Assembly (NCBI RefSeq): GCF_009914755.1 | Contig: NC_060938.1 | From: the human T2T-CHM13v2.0 reference genome, Homo sapiens | DNA: 64,000 nt | Reading direction: 5' to 3' (one strand) | Part shown: positions 1-12,760 of the stretch, one piece after another | Layout of the letters: each line of letters starts with the position of its first letter | Position numbering within the stretch: the first letter of the stretch is position 1 | Translations under genes and position numbers: made by a program | Notes under the pieces: generated by a model | The model's database searches: none | What the model was told of the DNA's origin: nothing | The model's input: only the letters and a program-made list of their open reading frames with translations

Positions 1-3000
1 CACATAGGCACAAACTGGAGAAGAGCACTGTGTGCAATCATGGTGGGTGGCATGGTGCGTGGTCACTTGCTCATGCAGCTACTTGGACATCTAGTCTTGC
101 CTGGACTCAATCCAAAGGTACCATTTCCATCTTACAATGTACTTCTGCTGAGAACATCTGACTTTGACTTGCCAAGTCTGACAGAATCCAGCTCATAATG
201 GACATTTTCAGATGCATGGTCACTTTGGGTTTACTCCAAGGTCAACCATTCTGTCTCTGCCAGGGCCGAGTAATGTCAAGAGCTGTTTCTCAAAGTATAT
301 GTAATCTCAAAGTGTATGTAATCTCTACATATGTAATCTCTTCCTCAGAGTGTATGCAATCTCTAGGTATAATGGCATGACCCTGTTCTAGAATTCCAGG
401 GGCCTGCACTGAGTTCTCTTAATGGGGATTGACATAATCTCCATATGGCTTCCTTTTTCACTATTGGCATCCCTCCCCCCACCCCCCAACTATTATACAT
501 CTTGGTGTATAGCCTTTTTCCTTCCTTATAAGAACCAGCACCATAGAGTCTGCTAGGTCATATAGTCCAAGTGGCAGGACTGGTGCACTGAAGCCTGGAA
601 TTTCTGCAGAGTCATTTTCTGCTCAAGGCTGGACTTAAAATTGACAGCCTTCCCTGTCACTTACTATTACACCAAAGCAATAGTTCTAGATGTGGAATGT
701 GCTGCATCCAGAACTCGGAAAATACCTACTAGGTGCAGTGTTTCCATTTTTGTTGTAGGAGATGGAAGATTCAGCAATTCATTTTACTTTGGAATAGATA
801 CCTCAGAACACCTCTGACCACTCCATCCTTAAATTTCACAGAAGTAGCAGGTCCCTAACACTTCTTAGGGTTTAATCTCCCATCCTCAGAGTAGAAGTGT
901 CTTACCAAAGCCTTAAGCATACTAGTTCACCTCTTGCCCATCTTCTCCAATCAATATAATGTCATTGTTGTAATAGATCTGTGTCGTATTCTGTGGAATG
1001 TTCATGCAGTTCAATTCTCTTTGGACTATATTATGACAGAAGCAGGAGAGGTAATATATCACAGCTACAAAACTGTAAATAAATACCGTTATTTGTTTAC
1101 ATAAATGAAAATTGTTCTGATCTACTTTTCTAAGTAAAATTGAGAAGAATGCATTTGCCAAATCATTGGCCACATGCTATATACCTATGACCTTAATAAT
1201 GTGCTCTAGCAATGATACCACATAAGCCAGTGCACCTGTGACCTAGATTACTACTTGGCTAAATCTGCTGTAGTCTTCAGTCATTATTCAGGATGGGGTT
1301 TATGCAGAGACCAAACTAGTAAAACAAGTAGAGAAATGATAATGACTACTGCAACTACATCTTTTTTGTTTTTAATAATGGCACTAAACTCCCTCCAGCC
1401 CCTACCATGAGTGCTCTTATCCAAATGACCAAGGACCCAATGTGGGTTGTTCCCACTGACAAGTATATTAATTCCAATTATGTACATTCAGCAATTAGGA
1501 AAATGACCACTGAGCAAGTCCTTTGACCGAGTGGCCACATTGTGACCTGGACCTTATCCAGGATTCCATGAAGGTCTGCTTTCTAAACAAGGTGCCAGGA
1601 CACTTTGGGTGTTTAAGCTCCACCAACTGGCCTCTATTTATTTGGGATTCCATTATTCCATAGATGTTGATGAGCCCAGCTCTTTGACTATCTCTCCTAT
1701 AATGAGTCAGGGATAAGTAGGCCAGCCACCACTGAACTTCTTAGTGATCTTGTGCCCAGTTTACTAATTTATTCCATATGCCCTGGGTAAATAAGGTATC
1801 CTCTGAGCTTTTCTGTGGAACATAATCTTCTGATGGATCCTTTGTCTTAGATAATATATCCATTTCAGCAAGCCCAATTCCCTCAGATCATTCATTGCTT
1901 CTTTCACCATCTTCCAGGGAAATGGGATTTCCACTTTGCTGAGTGTTGGACATAGCCTTTTCCAGACTTCTAATGGCCACTCTAGGAGAGAGTTTCCCTA
2001 TTCCCATTGGCTTCCTACTAGTCTTAATCCAGTATCCTAAGAAAGCGTCCCCAAGTCAATGAATTATTCTTCATCCAGTCTTGTATTCTTGCCTCTTTGA
2101 TCAAGCCTCCTCAAAATCCATTTCCCGATGTACTCTACCAGCTTCTGTTGGCACATGCTAACAAATTCTTGAAATTCTCTTGGTGTATAGTCTTTTCTCT
2201 TCCTTATTAGGCCCAGCACATCTTCTATTGTGCTATGTAGGGATTTAACCCTAGTTAGCATCTTTTCAGTCAAGATATAAGGTGAAAGCAGCTCCCAAGG
2301 GCAATACTTGTTAATTTATGGAAGAAAAGCTTCTTCAGCATTATTCAGCATAGGGAAGTGCTGGCTGTTACTAGCGAAGGGTAACTAGGGTAGGGAAAGC
2401 CCAGAGGGTAAGTGGATCTTATAGAGTTAACCTCATCAAGGGTAGTCAATCAGATACAATCCCATGTTTTTAGGTGCTAGATTTTCCCCACAACGGAGCT
2501 TGTCTTCAGCCCATACTCCTAGACTTTTGCATAACAGATATGCCTTGGCTGAGTATTCAAATTTTTCTGATGCTCTGCAACTCTAACAAATGACATCTTC
2601 AGGTTGCTGCTCAGATATATCTGCTTTTCCACCACAGGAAAAAAAAAAAAAAAAGCCTGTTTAAAGAGTACCTCAGAGGCCCTCTGGCTGCCACCTTTAG
2701 CCATTAACTGTTTGTTTACTGTCCCCAATCTGTAATTATCTGCAGGGCATCTATACAACTTAGCAATAGCCAGCCAACTGTCTTTATAGGCACTGTTTCC
2801 AAATGACCTACATAATTGCACTTGCTAAAGCATTCCCCTCCAGGAATATTTTCCTGGGGTACCACTAGTGAAACCTTTAGCAGTTGAACTGCCACCTTGT
2901 GCCAGGGACAATTCATGCCCCTCTACTAACCAGAATAGCATCCTCTTCAACCCAGCAGTTGATGGGTGAGCCAGTCTCTAAAATTTCCATCCCACCACAG

Positions 3001-3027
3001 CCAATTTTCTCAAACTACTCTCAGAAC
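1..3027 (-). mobile_element. Class III ERV (ERV3-16A3_I / ERVL-like) internal region, decayed gag-pro-pol
   Basis: Minus-strand ORF 922-1173 has the ERVL RT motif 'DLANAFFSI' and a decayed YxDD ('YNNDIILIG'). ORF 2064-2273 'DYTPREFQEF...KWILR' is gag-like. The region abuts an LTR16-type LTR. Confidence 0.8.
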
Positions 3028-3507
3028 TGTATATGCTGGTTCAAGTACTCCAAGAAGCCAATGACAAGGCAAAATTAGACACTCAAGAAATACCTTAAAG
3101 GAAATTGGGAAAGGAACTAGAGGAGGAGGAGCCTGAGAAAGCTATCAAGCTGTGATGCAGATCTGAGGCTTTTTAAAGAGAATGGGAAGGAAAGACTTGT
3201 GGGTGGAAGAGCCTTAGACCACAGGGCAATTGTAAGGAAGTTCAGCAATAGATCATGGGAGTCCTGGAGACAAAGCCATAATGCTCTCATGTCTCCTGAG
3301 AATGGGCCTTAGTGTCTCTGCCACACTCATCACTGGCTGGGAGCAGCCTATGGTAGATACAGCAACAGAAGTGAATTTCAGAGCTCAGCAGCTGAAGCTA
3401 TGGGTCAAAGATACTCCATAGTCTGAGATCTAAGACGTTCATTTTCATGGCTGCCACAGATACTCCATAGTCTGAAGTCTAAGATGTGCATTTTCATGGC
3501 TGCCACA
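3028..3507 (-). mobile_element. LTR16A-like 5' LTR of the ERV3-16A3 element
   Basis: The reverse complement begins TGTGGCAGCCATGAAAATGC, matching the recalled LTR16A terminus, and lies directly upstream (minus strand) of the internal region. Confidence 0.7.
3410..3507. repeat. 49-bp tandem duplication of the LTR terminus
   Basis: GATACTCCATAGTCTGA..TCTAAGA.GT.CATTTTCATGGCTGCCACA occurs at 3410-3458 and 3459-3507. Confidence 0.95.
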
Positions 3508-3509
3508 AA

Positions 3510-3730
3510 TCAGCACTTATTGAGATCTTAAACACGCCAGTCACCACTCTAAGCATATTTTAGGAATTACCACCTTGATTCTTCACAACATGGTGAGATT
3601 TGTTCTTTAATTATTCTGTTTTCATAGATGAGACAACTGAAGCTAAGTGGCTTGCCCAGCTAGAAAGTGATAACAATGGATTCAAACCCAGGTTTTTCTG
3701 ATTGCACAGCTCGATGTATTTAACTACACA
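3510..3730 (-). mobile_element. MIR SINE
   Basis: Reverse MIR core: ATAGATGAGACAACTGAAGCT...GGCTTGCCCAG...GGATTCAAACCCAGG. Confidence 0.8.
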
Positions 3731-4724
3731 GTCCCTGTCCTCAAAGGGCTTAGGACCGGCCAGAGAAAAAGATGTGGGAACAGAAAACGTAATAAAACAT
3801 CATTTTCTTTTATGCTAACAATTACAAAGTGTCAGTAAGAAAGATTGTTACAGTTACCAAGTGTCTGTAAGAAAGATTACTTCAGTCTGGAGGGTATGAG
3901 AAAGTTTCTGCTTATACTTATAAGGAAGATTACACATTTCTGTGGAGAGTAAAAGGATTCCAGGGAAACAGGGAATAACACTGAATAAGAAGACATGGAA
4001 GAGTATCACAATCCTAGTTCCGGCATGGACCTTAGCATTTTCGTGTTAAGTCCGAAGCTCCTAGGAGCAGTTCACTCTTTTCTCCAGAAGAGATTTAAAC
4101 AAATACTGTTAATGTCAAAACAGACAGAAAGGATGTTGATCCCAGAATAAAAAGGCAGACAAGGAGTAGTCAATGGAAGAGAGAGTGACATCTGAAGCAA
4201 CAGCAATAACAGCAGCAGGCAGCCCATTGCCATCCTTGGAGGTAAAAGTAAAGCCAGCATTTGCAAAGAATGTGGAAAGGAGGCAAAGTCTTCAGGAGAA
4301 GCCAACTGGGTAATTAACTATTGGTACTAAAAGACCATGGTGGGAGCCACAAAGACAAATAACTGTCCACAATGTGAAATACACACCCGGGTGTTAAAAA
4401 TAAACACCTCATTGAATGTGTAGGAAGGAGCAGCCCTGAAAAAAGGATTTGGGTGGAACAAAATGGAAAATTTTTCTTATATTTAGAGTCAACCTAATGA
4501 GTATGTAGATTCTGATTCCTAGGTATCAGAATCTTAAATGGCATATGACATGATCCAGCAATCCCGCTTCAACGAATTCTTTTTATATAAATTATATTAT
4601 GAATACATGAAAATAAACAAAATATGAAGTATTGCTTGCAATAGAAAAATTGGAAATAACTGAAATACTCATAGATAGGTGAATTACTATGCTATTGTAT
4701 ATTAAAATACATCTACCTGGGAGA

Positions 4725-5100
4725 AGTTAATTATGTGCCCAATAAATACTTACTGAGAAATTACCATGGGCCAGCATTGTGCCAAGAGCTAGGGACACAG
4801 AAGCAAAGAAGACTGATGTGGCCTGTGATCCTGCAGAGCTTGTAGTCTGGAAAACTGACAACCAAGTAAATGATGACCCATAAAGATCAAGAGGAAAATA
4901 GGATGTTATATGATAGACAAATAACTGAGATGGGAGGTTGGAGGAGGGGAACTTTAATAAAATAGGTGGTAGAGAATATCCCTTTGAGATAATATTTAAA
5001 GTGAAGCTGAAGGAATAATGTAAAACAGCCATTGGAAAAAGAGCAGAGGAACAATGTTCTAAGCAGAGGAATTTATGAGTAAGAGCCAGGGGCAAGATAC
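4725..5100 (-). mobile_element. L2 LINE 3' fragment
   Basis: CAATAAATACTTACTGAG...CCAGCATTGTGCCAAGAGCTAGGGACACAG...GAGCTTGTAGTCTG resembles the reverse-strand L2 3' end. Confidence 0.7.
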
Positions 5101-6093
5101 GAGAGAGGGGGCTACCCATAAAAGTCACACCCCAGAGTAGATGAGAGAGCACGGTATCTGGCTTACAAGGAGGGAGATGGTCCTTTAATAGGAGAGACTT
5201 CCTGCATTTTAATATAAAAAGTAAATAAGATAGGTAACAATGGAAGTAGCCATATGTCTATTTGCTGATAAGAACATGAGAGAATTAGTTCCCGTCTACC
5301 ATTTTCTGTTTTCCTCTGTGAATTATAATGTGAGTGGATGATGAAGAAGTGTAAGTATATGAGTAAGGTAGAAAGAAAAAAAATAAGGTACAAAATAATT
5401 TTCCTAGAAGTGGGAAAGAGGATCTATTAAAAAATATGTAGCAGCATTTTCAAGGAAGTGTTCAAAGAATATAGGTAATTGCACACAGCACAAATATACA
5501 TACTAATTACTCTTTTTGTAATTGATATACTTCATTCTCTTTGTTTGGTTTTTCATTTGGCAAAACCTCCAGATTTAACACATGCAAAAAAAAAAACTGT
5601 GGAAATGGCAAAGATAAACAATTAAAAACATAATGAGATTTAAACAAGGATATATACATTATAAGCAGCCATGTAAATATAAATACATTAAACTTATTAA
5701 AATAAAGTTGCAAATGGAATGACTCATTTTAACATTATTTACCAAATGAAATGAACTAAAATGAATCTTTTCCTAAAATAACTTTTTGAAAAATTTTACT
5801 GTTTAAAGTGTCTCAGGTTTCAGGGAAAAAAAAAACATATGGGCAGGTAGGAAATTTAAAATAAATGTAGAAGTCTTTTTACAGACTAAATATAGATATA
5901 GTAGTGTGCCAGGCTTTCGTTGAAATTTATCTCTATATAACCTGTAATACATCCAGTATTTACCTTTTAAAATGTTTATTTCTAAAGAACATGTAACTAA
6001 TTAAAATGCCAATTAACAAGGTATTTATATTTCTTTTGTTTTCATTTCTGCACACATGTATGACTGAGAACTCAAGAGAAAAGGCCACTTGAC

Positions 6094-6452
6094 TGATATG
6101 GTTTGGCCATGTCGCCACCCAAAATTCATCTTGAATTATAACTCCTATGATTCCCATGTATCGTGGGAGGGACCTGGTGGGAGATAATTGAATCACGGGG
6201 GCAGTTTCCCCCATACTGTTCTCATGGTAGTGAATAAGTCTCATGAGATCTGATGGTTTGATAAGGGGAAACCCCTTTCGCTTGGTTCTTCATTCTCTCT
6301 TGCCTGTGGCCATGTAAGTGGTCCTTTGCTCTTCTGCCATGATCATGAGGCATCCCCAGCCACGTGGAACTGTGATTCCATTAAACCACTTCCACTTTAC
6401 AGATTACCCAGTCTCAGGTTTGTCTTTATCAGCAAGAAAATGAACTAATATA
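6094..6452 (+). mobile_element. THE1 (THE1B/C-like) solo LTR, ERVL-MaLR
   Basis: Starts TGATATGGTTTGG, contains CATGAGATCTGATGG and ATTACCCAGTCTCAGG, ends ACTAATATA. The 5-bp TSD is TTGAC/CTGAC. Confidence 0.93.
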
Positions 6453-6634
6453 CTGACTATAAAATAAAGAGAATAACCATGAAGTGGACATCAGCATAAC
6501 ATTTTGAACCAAAAAAAACAGAAATTTGAACCAGTGTTAAAATTCTAAAATTCTAAAAACTCTTTTAGAGTTTCAAATAGCCTCTTTGGGAGTCATTTTC
6601 AAGTATTAAAGAAGGGCATTAAAATCATCTTAAC

Positions 6635-6815
6635 GCCGGTAGTTTAAAACACCAGTATATATCAGAATTATGTGGATATTTACTGAAAAGGTGAATATGT
6701 AGGCTTCACTCTGTGACTAAGGAATCAGAATCTCTGGGGTAGCCCAGAAATCTGCCTTTTTGTAAAGCTCCCCAGATGGTTTTGAAGTAGGTGACTTTTG
6801 ACCACATGTTGAAAA
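6635..6815. mobile_element. MER5A-like hAT-Charlie MITE
   Basis: GAATCAGAATCTCTGGGGTAGCCCAGAAATCTGCCTTTTT...AGCTCCCCAGATG is the typical MER5A core. Confidence 0.75.
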
Positions 6816-7595
6816 AATATTGCTGGTTAAATTTCAAATTATATTTTAGATAGATGATCATGGTGCAACAATTAAAAAAAATAACTTCTATTACCCAATG
6901 AAAACTTTTGATTCTAGGTAATTTTAAGAACTGGTTGTCCAATCAAAGTTTGGTGATACTAATATGTTGTAGAATCATACACATGTCTTGGAAACAAAAA
7001 TCCTAACCCTTAATCTACATATATAAATGTCCATTTTCAATTAGAGAATGTCTGTCTTTATACATTGCTATGGTGTGGTAAATTTAAAGAGGTTGGTTTG
7101 TTCATTCCATGGATAGTTTAATATTTAGAATTGTGAAGGACCCAGAAAGAAATGGATTCTTTTGGCACCACAGCAAGTAGCAATGTGGATTGCAAGATTT
7201 TAATGGAGGTTGTTTAACACTCGTATGTGATTGTCTTGATGAGTAAACTATGAAAGAAAATATTTTTTAAAAATCTACCTGGATGGCTACAGCTGACATC
7301 AGATAAAGTAGCTGATAAAGTAGTTGAACCACCATAGCCAAGAAGCACAACTCACCCAGAGATAAGCCGAAAAGAAATTCATTTATGGAGAAGCTGAATC
7401 TGTCAGATCTTTATGCCAAAGTGTTTACAGGTTCCAAGGGGACAACTGGAAACAAGAACAAATGACTCTATGAGTGATCTGATTTCTGAGGAGAGGTGGG
7501 AAGGTTGGAAGATAGTAATCACCAATCTCTGAGACGTGAAATGTCTAATAGCCACCAGCCATATGTAGATACCACACGTGAAATGGGAGCAGTGC

Positions 7596-7690
7596 AAATT
7601 AGACTTTGAATCTTTAATTTTATTTAATTTTCATTAATTTAAATTAGACTTTGAATCTTTAATTTTATTTAATTTTCATTAATTTAAATT
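7596..7690. repeat. Exact 45-bp tandem duplication
   Basis: AAATTAGACTTTGAATCTTTAATTTTATTTAATTTTCATTAATTT occurs twice, starting at 7596 and 7641. Confidence 0.95.
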
Positions 7691-8057
7691 TAAACAAAAA
7701 TCTGGTATTCTATTCAGCTATTCTAACATTTTTAAGTATATTTTGGATAACTCAGATATAAATGTGTTCATTTTGTTCAAGTGTATACTTTATGAAATAT
7801 AAATACAGGTCAAGTATACCCAATGAAAATTTAGTATCCTAATTGAGAGCCACTGTAAGTAGAAAATATACACTGGATTTTGAAAGCTTGACATAAAAAA
7901 AGTAAACTATCTCATTAATAATTTTTTAATATTGATTACACATTGAAATGCTAATATTTGGAAAAACATGACTAAATAATATATTTTACTAAAAATAATT
8001 TCACTTGTTTGTTTTCACTTTTTAAAATGTAGCTACTAGAATATTTAAATTTACATA

Positions 8058-8415
8058 GTGTATTAGTCCATTCTTACATTGCTATGAAGAAATATCTGGC
8101 ACAGGGTAATCTATAAAGAAAAGAGGTTTAATCAACTCAAAGTTCCACATAACTGGGGAGACCTCAGGAAACTTACAATCATGGCAGAAGGCAGCACTTC
8201 ACAGGGCGGCAGGAGAGAGAATGAGTGCCAAGCAAATAAAGAAGCCCCTTATAAAACCATCAGATTTTGTGGGAACTCACTCATTATCAGGAGAACAGCA
8301 TGGGGGAAACTGCCCCCATAATTCAATTATCTCCACCTAGTCCTGCCCTTGACATGTGGGGATTATTGCAATTCAAAGTGAGATTTGGATGAGGACACAG
8401 AGCCAAGCCAAATTA
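8058..8415 (-). mobile_element. THE1/MSTA-type solo LTR (THE1C/D-like)
   Basis: TGTATTAGTCCATTCTTACATTGCTAT...CTCAGGAAACTTACAATCATGGCAGAAGG...GAGATTTGGATGAGGACACAGAGCCAA. Confidence 0.9.
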
Positions 8416-9050
8416 CATAGGTAGCATGCATTATATTTTGATTGGATAGGGCTGCTTAGACAACGTTGAACAAGTTGTTGCATAGTAAGTTTATATCCAG
8501 CTTGCCGTATATTTCTGCCATTACCTTGTACATTGAACCAGGACAGAGAATCTTGTATTTAATAATTATTAATAAATTACATAAGGAAACTGAGGATTTT
8601 TATTTGCACACAGAGAGACCTAGAGCAATTGGTACTCTTTCAGAGTCACAGCAAGAGTATATGATGGGCTTGCTAGCTTTCAGGAACATGGTCTCAAATA
8701 AATGAAGCTACTGCATCTACCAGCATCTGCTAGTTTGCCTCTGTCCCCAGAACATGAAGAGAGAAAACATAGACAGAAGTAGAAAGAATAAAATCATGGT
8801 TCACTTAAAGGGACCTAATAATGTGAGGAGAAATATCAAGATGGACCTCCTGAAAATTGGCCTTCTTTATGATAAGATGCAAATAATTACATTTCTGACA
8901 CTAAAAAATTTTACAAGTAAAGCAGATGAATATGATCTTTCAGAATACACAGATCTTTTGTACCCCAAATTTTTATTATTCAACAATTTCAAAATGTTTC
9001 TGTAAAATAGAGATATAGTGGCCAGGGTTTTCCATCAAAAACATAGTTCT

Positions 9051-9327
9051 CACCTGTAATCTCAGCACTTTGGAAGGCCAAGGTGGCAGATCACATGAGG
9101 TCAGCCATGGCCAACATGGTGAAACATCCTCTCTACTAAAAATACAAAAATTACCTGGGCAGGGTGTCAGACACCTGTAATCCCAACTGCTTGGGAGGCT
9201 GAGGCAGGAGAATTGCTTGAATCCAGGAGGCGGAAGTTACAATGAGCCAAAATCACACCACTGCACTCCAACCTGGGTGACAGAACTAGACTCTGTCTCA
9301 AACAAGAACAAGAACAAGAACAACAAC
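9051..9327 (+). mobile_element. AluS, 5'-truncated, with small internal deletion and (AACAAG)n tail
   Basis: The Alu body starts at CACCTGTAAT. TSD AAACATAGTTCT lies on both sides (9039-9050, 9328-9339). Confidence 0.95.
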
Positions 9328-9667
9328 AAACATAGTTCTAAGTTAAGTATCACTTTGTTATCCATGAAAACAAATAAAAGTTTGAAATTTAGACCATTTG
9401 GAAATTTAAGAAAAGTTATGCTTTGTTAGAAAACAATGTGACTTGGAATGATATAAACATTAATTTAAAACATTCAATGCCTTCAGCAAAAAAAGTGCTG
9501 TGCCAAATACTTTGGAGAATGCAAATATGAGCTATATGGAAGTACTTTCATCTGATAACAAGCAAATGTCTATTCTCAGGAAATATTCTCTCTAGATTTC
9601 ATCCACACTCTTTCAACTTTCCTCTCTTCACAGCTGTTTCTTGTTCTCATCTTTCCAGGTTTTCTTC

Positions 9668-10035
9668 TTGGAGTGTGTCACCTCTGAAACTCATGTTGAA
9701 ATTTGATTCTCAATATGGCCGTATTGAGTAGGTGTTTGCATCATGGGGACATCTTACTGGAGTGAGTGAGTTCTCAATCTTCCTGGAATGAATTAGTTCC
9801 CATGAGAGCGAGCTGTTATAAAGTGAGCCCAGACTTTCAGGTGTCCCTCTCTTCATACATCTGCTTCCCCTTCTACTTTCTGCCCTTAGTTGAGGCAGCA
9901 CAAGACTCTCACCAGATGGGCTGCCTGATCTTGGGCTTCTCAGCCTCCAGAATTGTAAGCCAAGTAAATTTCTTATCTTTATTAAATCACCCAGTCTCAG
10001 GTATTCTACTATAGCAACACAAAATGACTAAGACA
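9668..10035 (+). mobile_element. MSTB-like MaLR solo LTR
   Basis: AAACTCATGTTGAAATTTGAT...GTGAGTGAGTTCTC...CCCAGTCTCAGGTATTC...ATAGCAACACAAAATGACTAAGACA. Confidence 0.88.
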
Positions 10036-10766
10036 CTGAAATTTCTAGACTTTCATAAAATACATAAGAAAATAACAGAAGTGTTATTTAAAAAAAAATC
10101 CCCCAGGGACCCAAGTAGAAATGTATATACTAGAAAAAGTATAACAAATCTAATTAAGAAATATAGTCATTGTAACAGCTGAAATTACTATTGTAATCAT
10201 CCTCTCCCTCCTGACCCTTTTCATACTGCACAGTCTATTCAGTGATGGCTGAATAGAGTGTGCAGTATTCTTGCTTCAAAAAAAAAAAAGACTCACCTGT
10301 CAGAAAGAGCTAAAAACATGGATTTAGTACAGCATCTGGCAGATATTTATTAATTATGGCAACTAAAACAGATGGGCAGTGAATCCTCAAAATCTGTTTT
10401 TTCTATGGCCTAGAATGACAATGAGTAATAGGTCAAATATTACCCTGGTGATTGATCTTTATTGAAGAAGATTAAAGTGGGCATCTTAAAATTTTCTTTG
10501 TTTGAATAGTTGTCTTCTCTCCAAAAGATTTCAGATTAGTTTACCTACTTCCTTATTTACATGATAAGGTATCATTTTGAAAAGCTGGCTGTGATATTTT
10601 CATTCCTCTTTCTTAAAAAATGATAGAAACTAAGAAAAAATATTATACCTAATAACTTATATCTCATAACCCTAATCCCAATACTATCTACAGATCAAAA
10701 GGAGTATAGAAAAAACATGAAATTACTTTGTATAATATGAGCAAGGGAAGTGTATACATGTTACAT

Positions 10767-10791
10767 ACACACACACACACACACACACACA
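10767..10791. repeat. (AC)n microsatellite
   Basis: About 12 uninterrupted AC units. Confidence 0.95.
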
Positions 10792-12574
10792 ATAGGATCT
10801 GTTTATATGACATAAGACATCATACTCAGAAATCTTAATTTATCACAAGAATTTACAAGAATTTAGGCGTCTAATTCTTCAGTGCCATTGCTGTTCCTGG
10901 ACTTCTATTCCTGTGGCTCAGCTTCTGACTCAGACCACACTCACTCCCTGGAACATCCAAATATCATTGCAATTCATCATCATCTTTGTAATCTTTAATG
11001 ACATAATTCCTTGTTTTTTATAAGTTTAAACAGATTTAGCATTAATGTGCAATGATCCTTCATTCTCTTCTACCTCCAAAATGTAGTAAAATATATGTCA
11101 TATCCACAGTGATATAGTATATATGTACCAGTGACTTTCAGGGGTGGTTATACCAAAGTTAGAATATTTAGGTTCAGAAAATCTCAAAGCCTTACATTTG
11201 CTAGATTTTCATAATGCAATCTCTGACAATAGTGACCACAGGATTTTTTTGAAAACTATCAACAGGAAAATTCTGTAGATTAGTAAAATCTCTGGGTTGA
11301 ATGGTTCTCACTTACTCTATAAAATTTTCCACTTGATGTTTGAAAATGTACTCATAATTTTACTTCTAATAAATTTAATTCAGTACTTATTTTACATCTC
11401 CAATCTGCAGAGTATTCTGCTAGGTACTTTGAAGAACAGGGAAAACAGAAGCCTTTCCTCTGAGGACTTGTCATCCAAACTGAAAGGCAGGATAGAAATA
11501 TGTAGTGAGGTTTCCAAGACAAACGCAAGTGGCAATTTTATGGGATGGATTCCCACTCCCTCCTTTCCTCCACATGTTTCATCTTTATTTATATTAGTTA
11601 ATTTACATGAGGGCTTTCAGTAGTTTTGTCTAAGAAGAAAGGGCAAAGAAGACAGAAAAGTTGTTTTGTGCATAAAGCTCATAGAGAAGATATAATAGGA
11701 AGAGAAATTGAAGATACAGCATAGATTCCTAAAAGAAACCATTTTTGAGCCTTTAAAGGACGTGATATTAAAAATAGACAACCGAGGTAATTTTTCCAAG
11801 CTAGATTATGTGACACTTACAACATAAAGTAATGGCATAGGCAAGGCAATGCAAATAATATAATTTGACATGGATTTGGAGAAATAAGACCATTTTTAAC
11901 TTCCTATTCTTTTCTAGAAATCACAGAAGTTTTGACTTACTAAGAGCTCAAATAATCCATCAGAGGAAACTTCCATGCTTGAAAGAACTGCAGGAAAAAG
12001 TACAACACCCATTAAGAGGCCTTCTCATGGCAGTAGTGTCTGTATTGAGTCACCACTCTCGAATGGCTAGTGCAGAAGAACCTGAAAAGTCTTGATCCTA
12101 AGTTCATCACTATGCTTCTTGGCATCCCCAAAATAACAAAGTTGCAGGAATGTGCACCAAAGTCCTGTAATGATATATGCAAGGTTGAGCTAATGAGCTA
12201 CTGAAGTCCACAGATGAAGTCCTGGGATACTCAGATTACAAAGTTCTGAAACAATGATAAACAACTTAGAATGGAATATAGTTATGTACAGCTAAGTAGA
12301 AAACTATGTGGCAGGAACTTCATATATTATAAAATTTCAGAGACAATCGAAGGCTGGAGGAGTCAGTAAAAGCTTTTGAAAGTGTTGAGAATAACATGGG
12401 ACATTGAAGGATGATAGCATTTGCTTATATAGTGAAACAGGAGATGTTTCAGATAAGTTAAATATAATTGTTTTAAGTTGCAACTGTGATGCAGTGGTAA
12501 CAACTTGACCAGATCTGTTAGCCCTTAACTTTTCAAAGAAAACCAATCCAGTAGAGCATGTCTTGTCTTTCATT

Positions 12575-12760
12575 TACTAATTGGTTTGTTTATTCAGCAA
12601 ATCATTGAGCACTAACCACATCACTAAATAAGGAATCTGTATATGTACAAACACATCTGTGCCATCAGAGAGCTCACAGTCTAGTGGGACAAGACAAACA
12701 TAAGAAAAATTACAACACAAAGGGCTAAATGCAGTGAAAGAAGTCTGAACACAATGCTAT
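12575..12760 (-). mobile_element. L2 3' fragment
   Basis: TTTATTCAGCAAATCATTGAGCACTAACCA...AGAGCTCACAGTCTAGTGGG...ATGCTATGG. Confidence 0.7.

Larger units (their letters stand above)
7535..8457. mobile_element. Charlie1-family DNA transposon derivative (MER3/MER33-like), interrupted by THE1
   Basis: AATAGCCACCAGCCATATGT...TGAAAT, CTGTAAGT...AAATATACACTGGATTTTGAA and the terminal ATTGGATAGGGCTGCT match MER33/Charlie1 motifs. Confidence 0.75.

Noticed and set aside
922-1173. RT-like ORF on the minus strand
   Set aside because: A short, frameshifted ERV3-16A3-type remnant.
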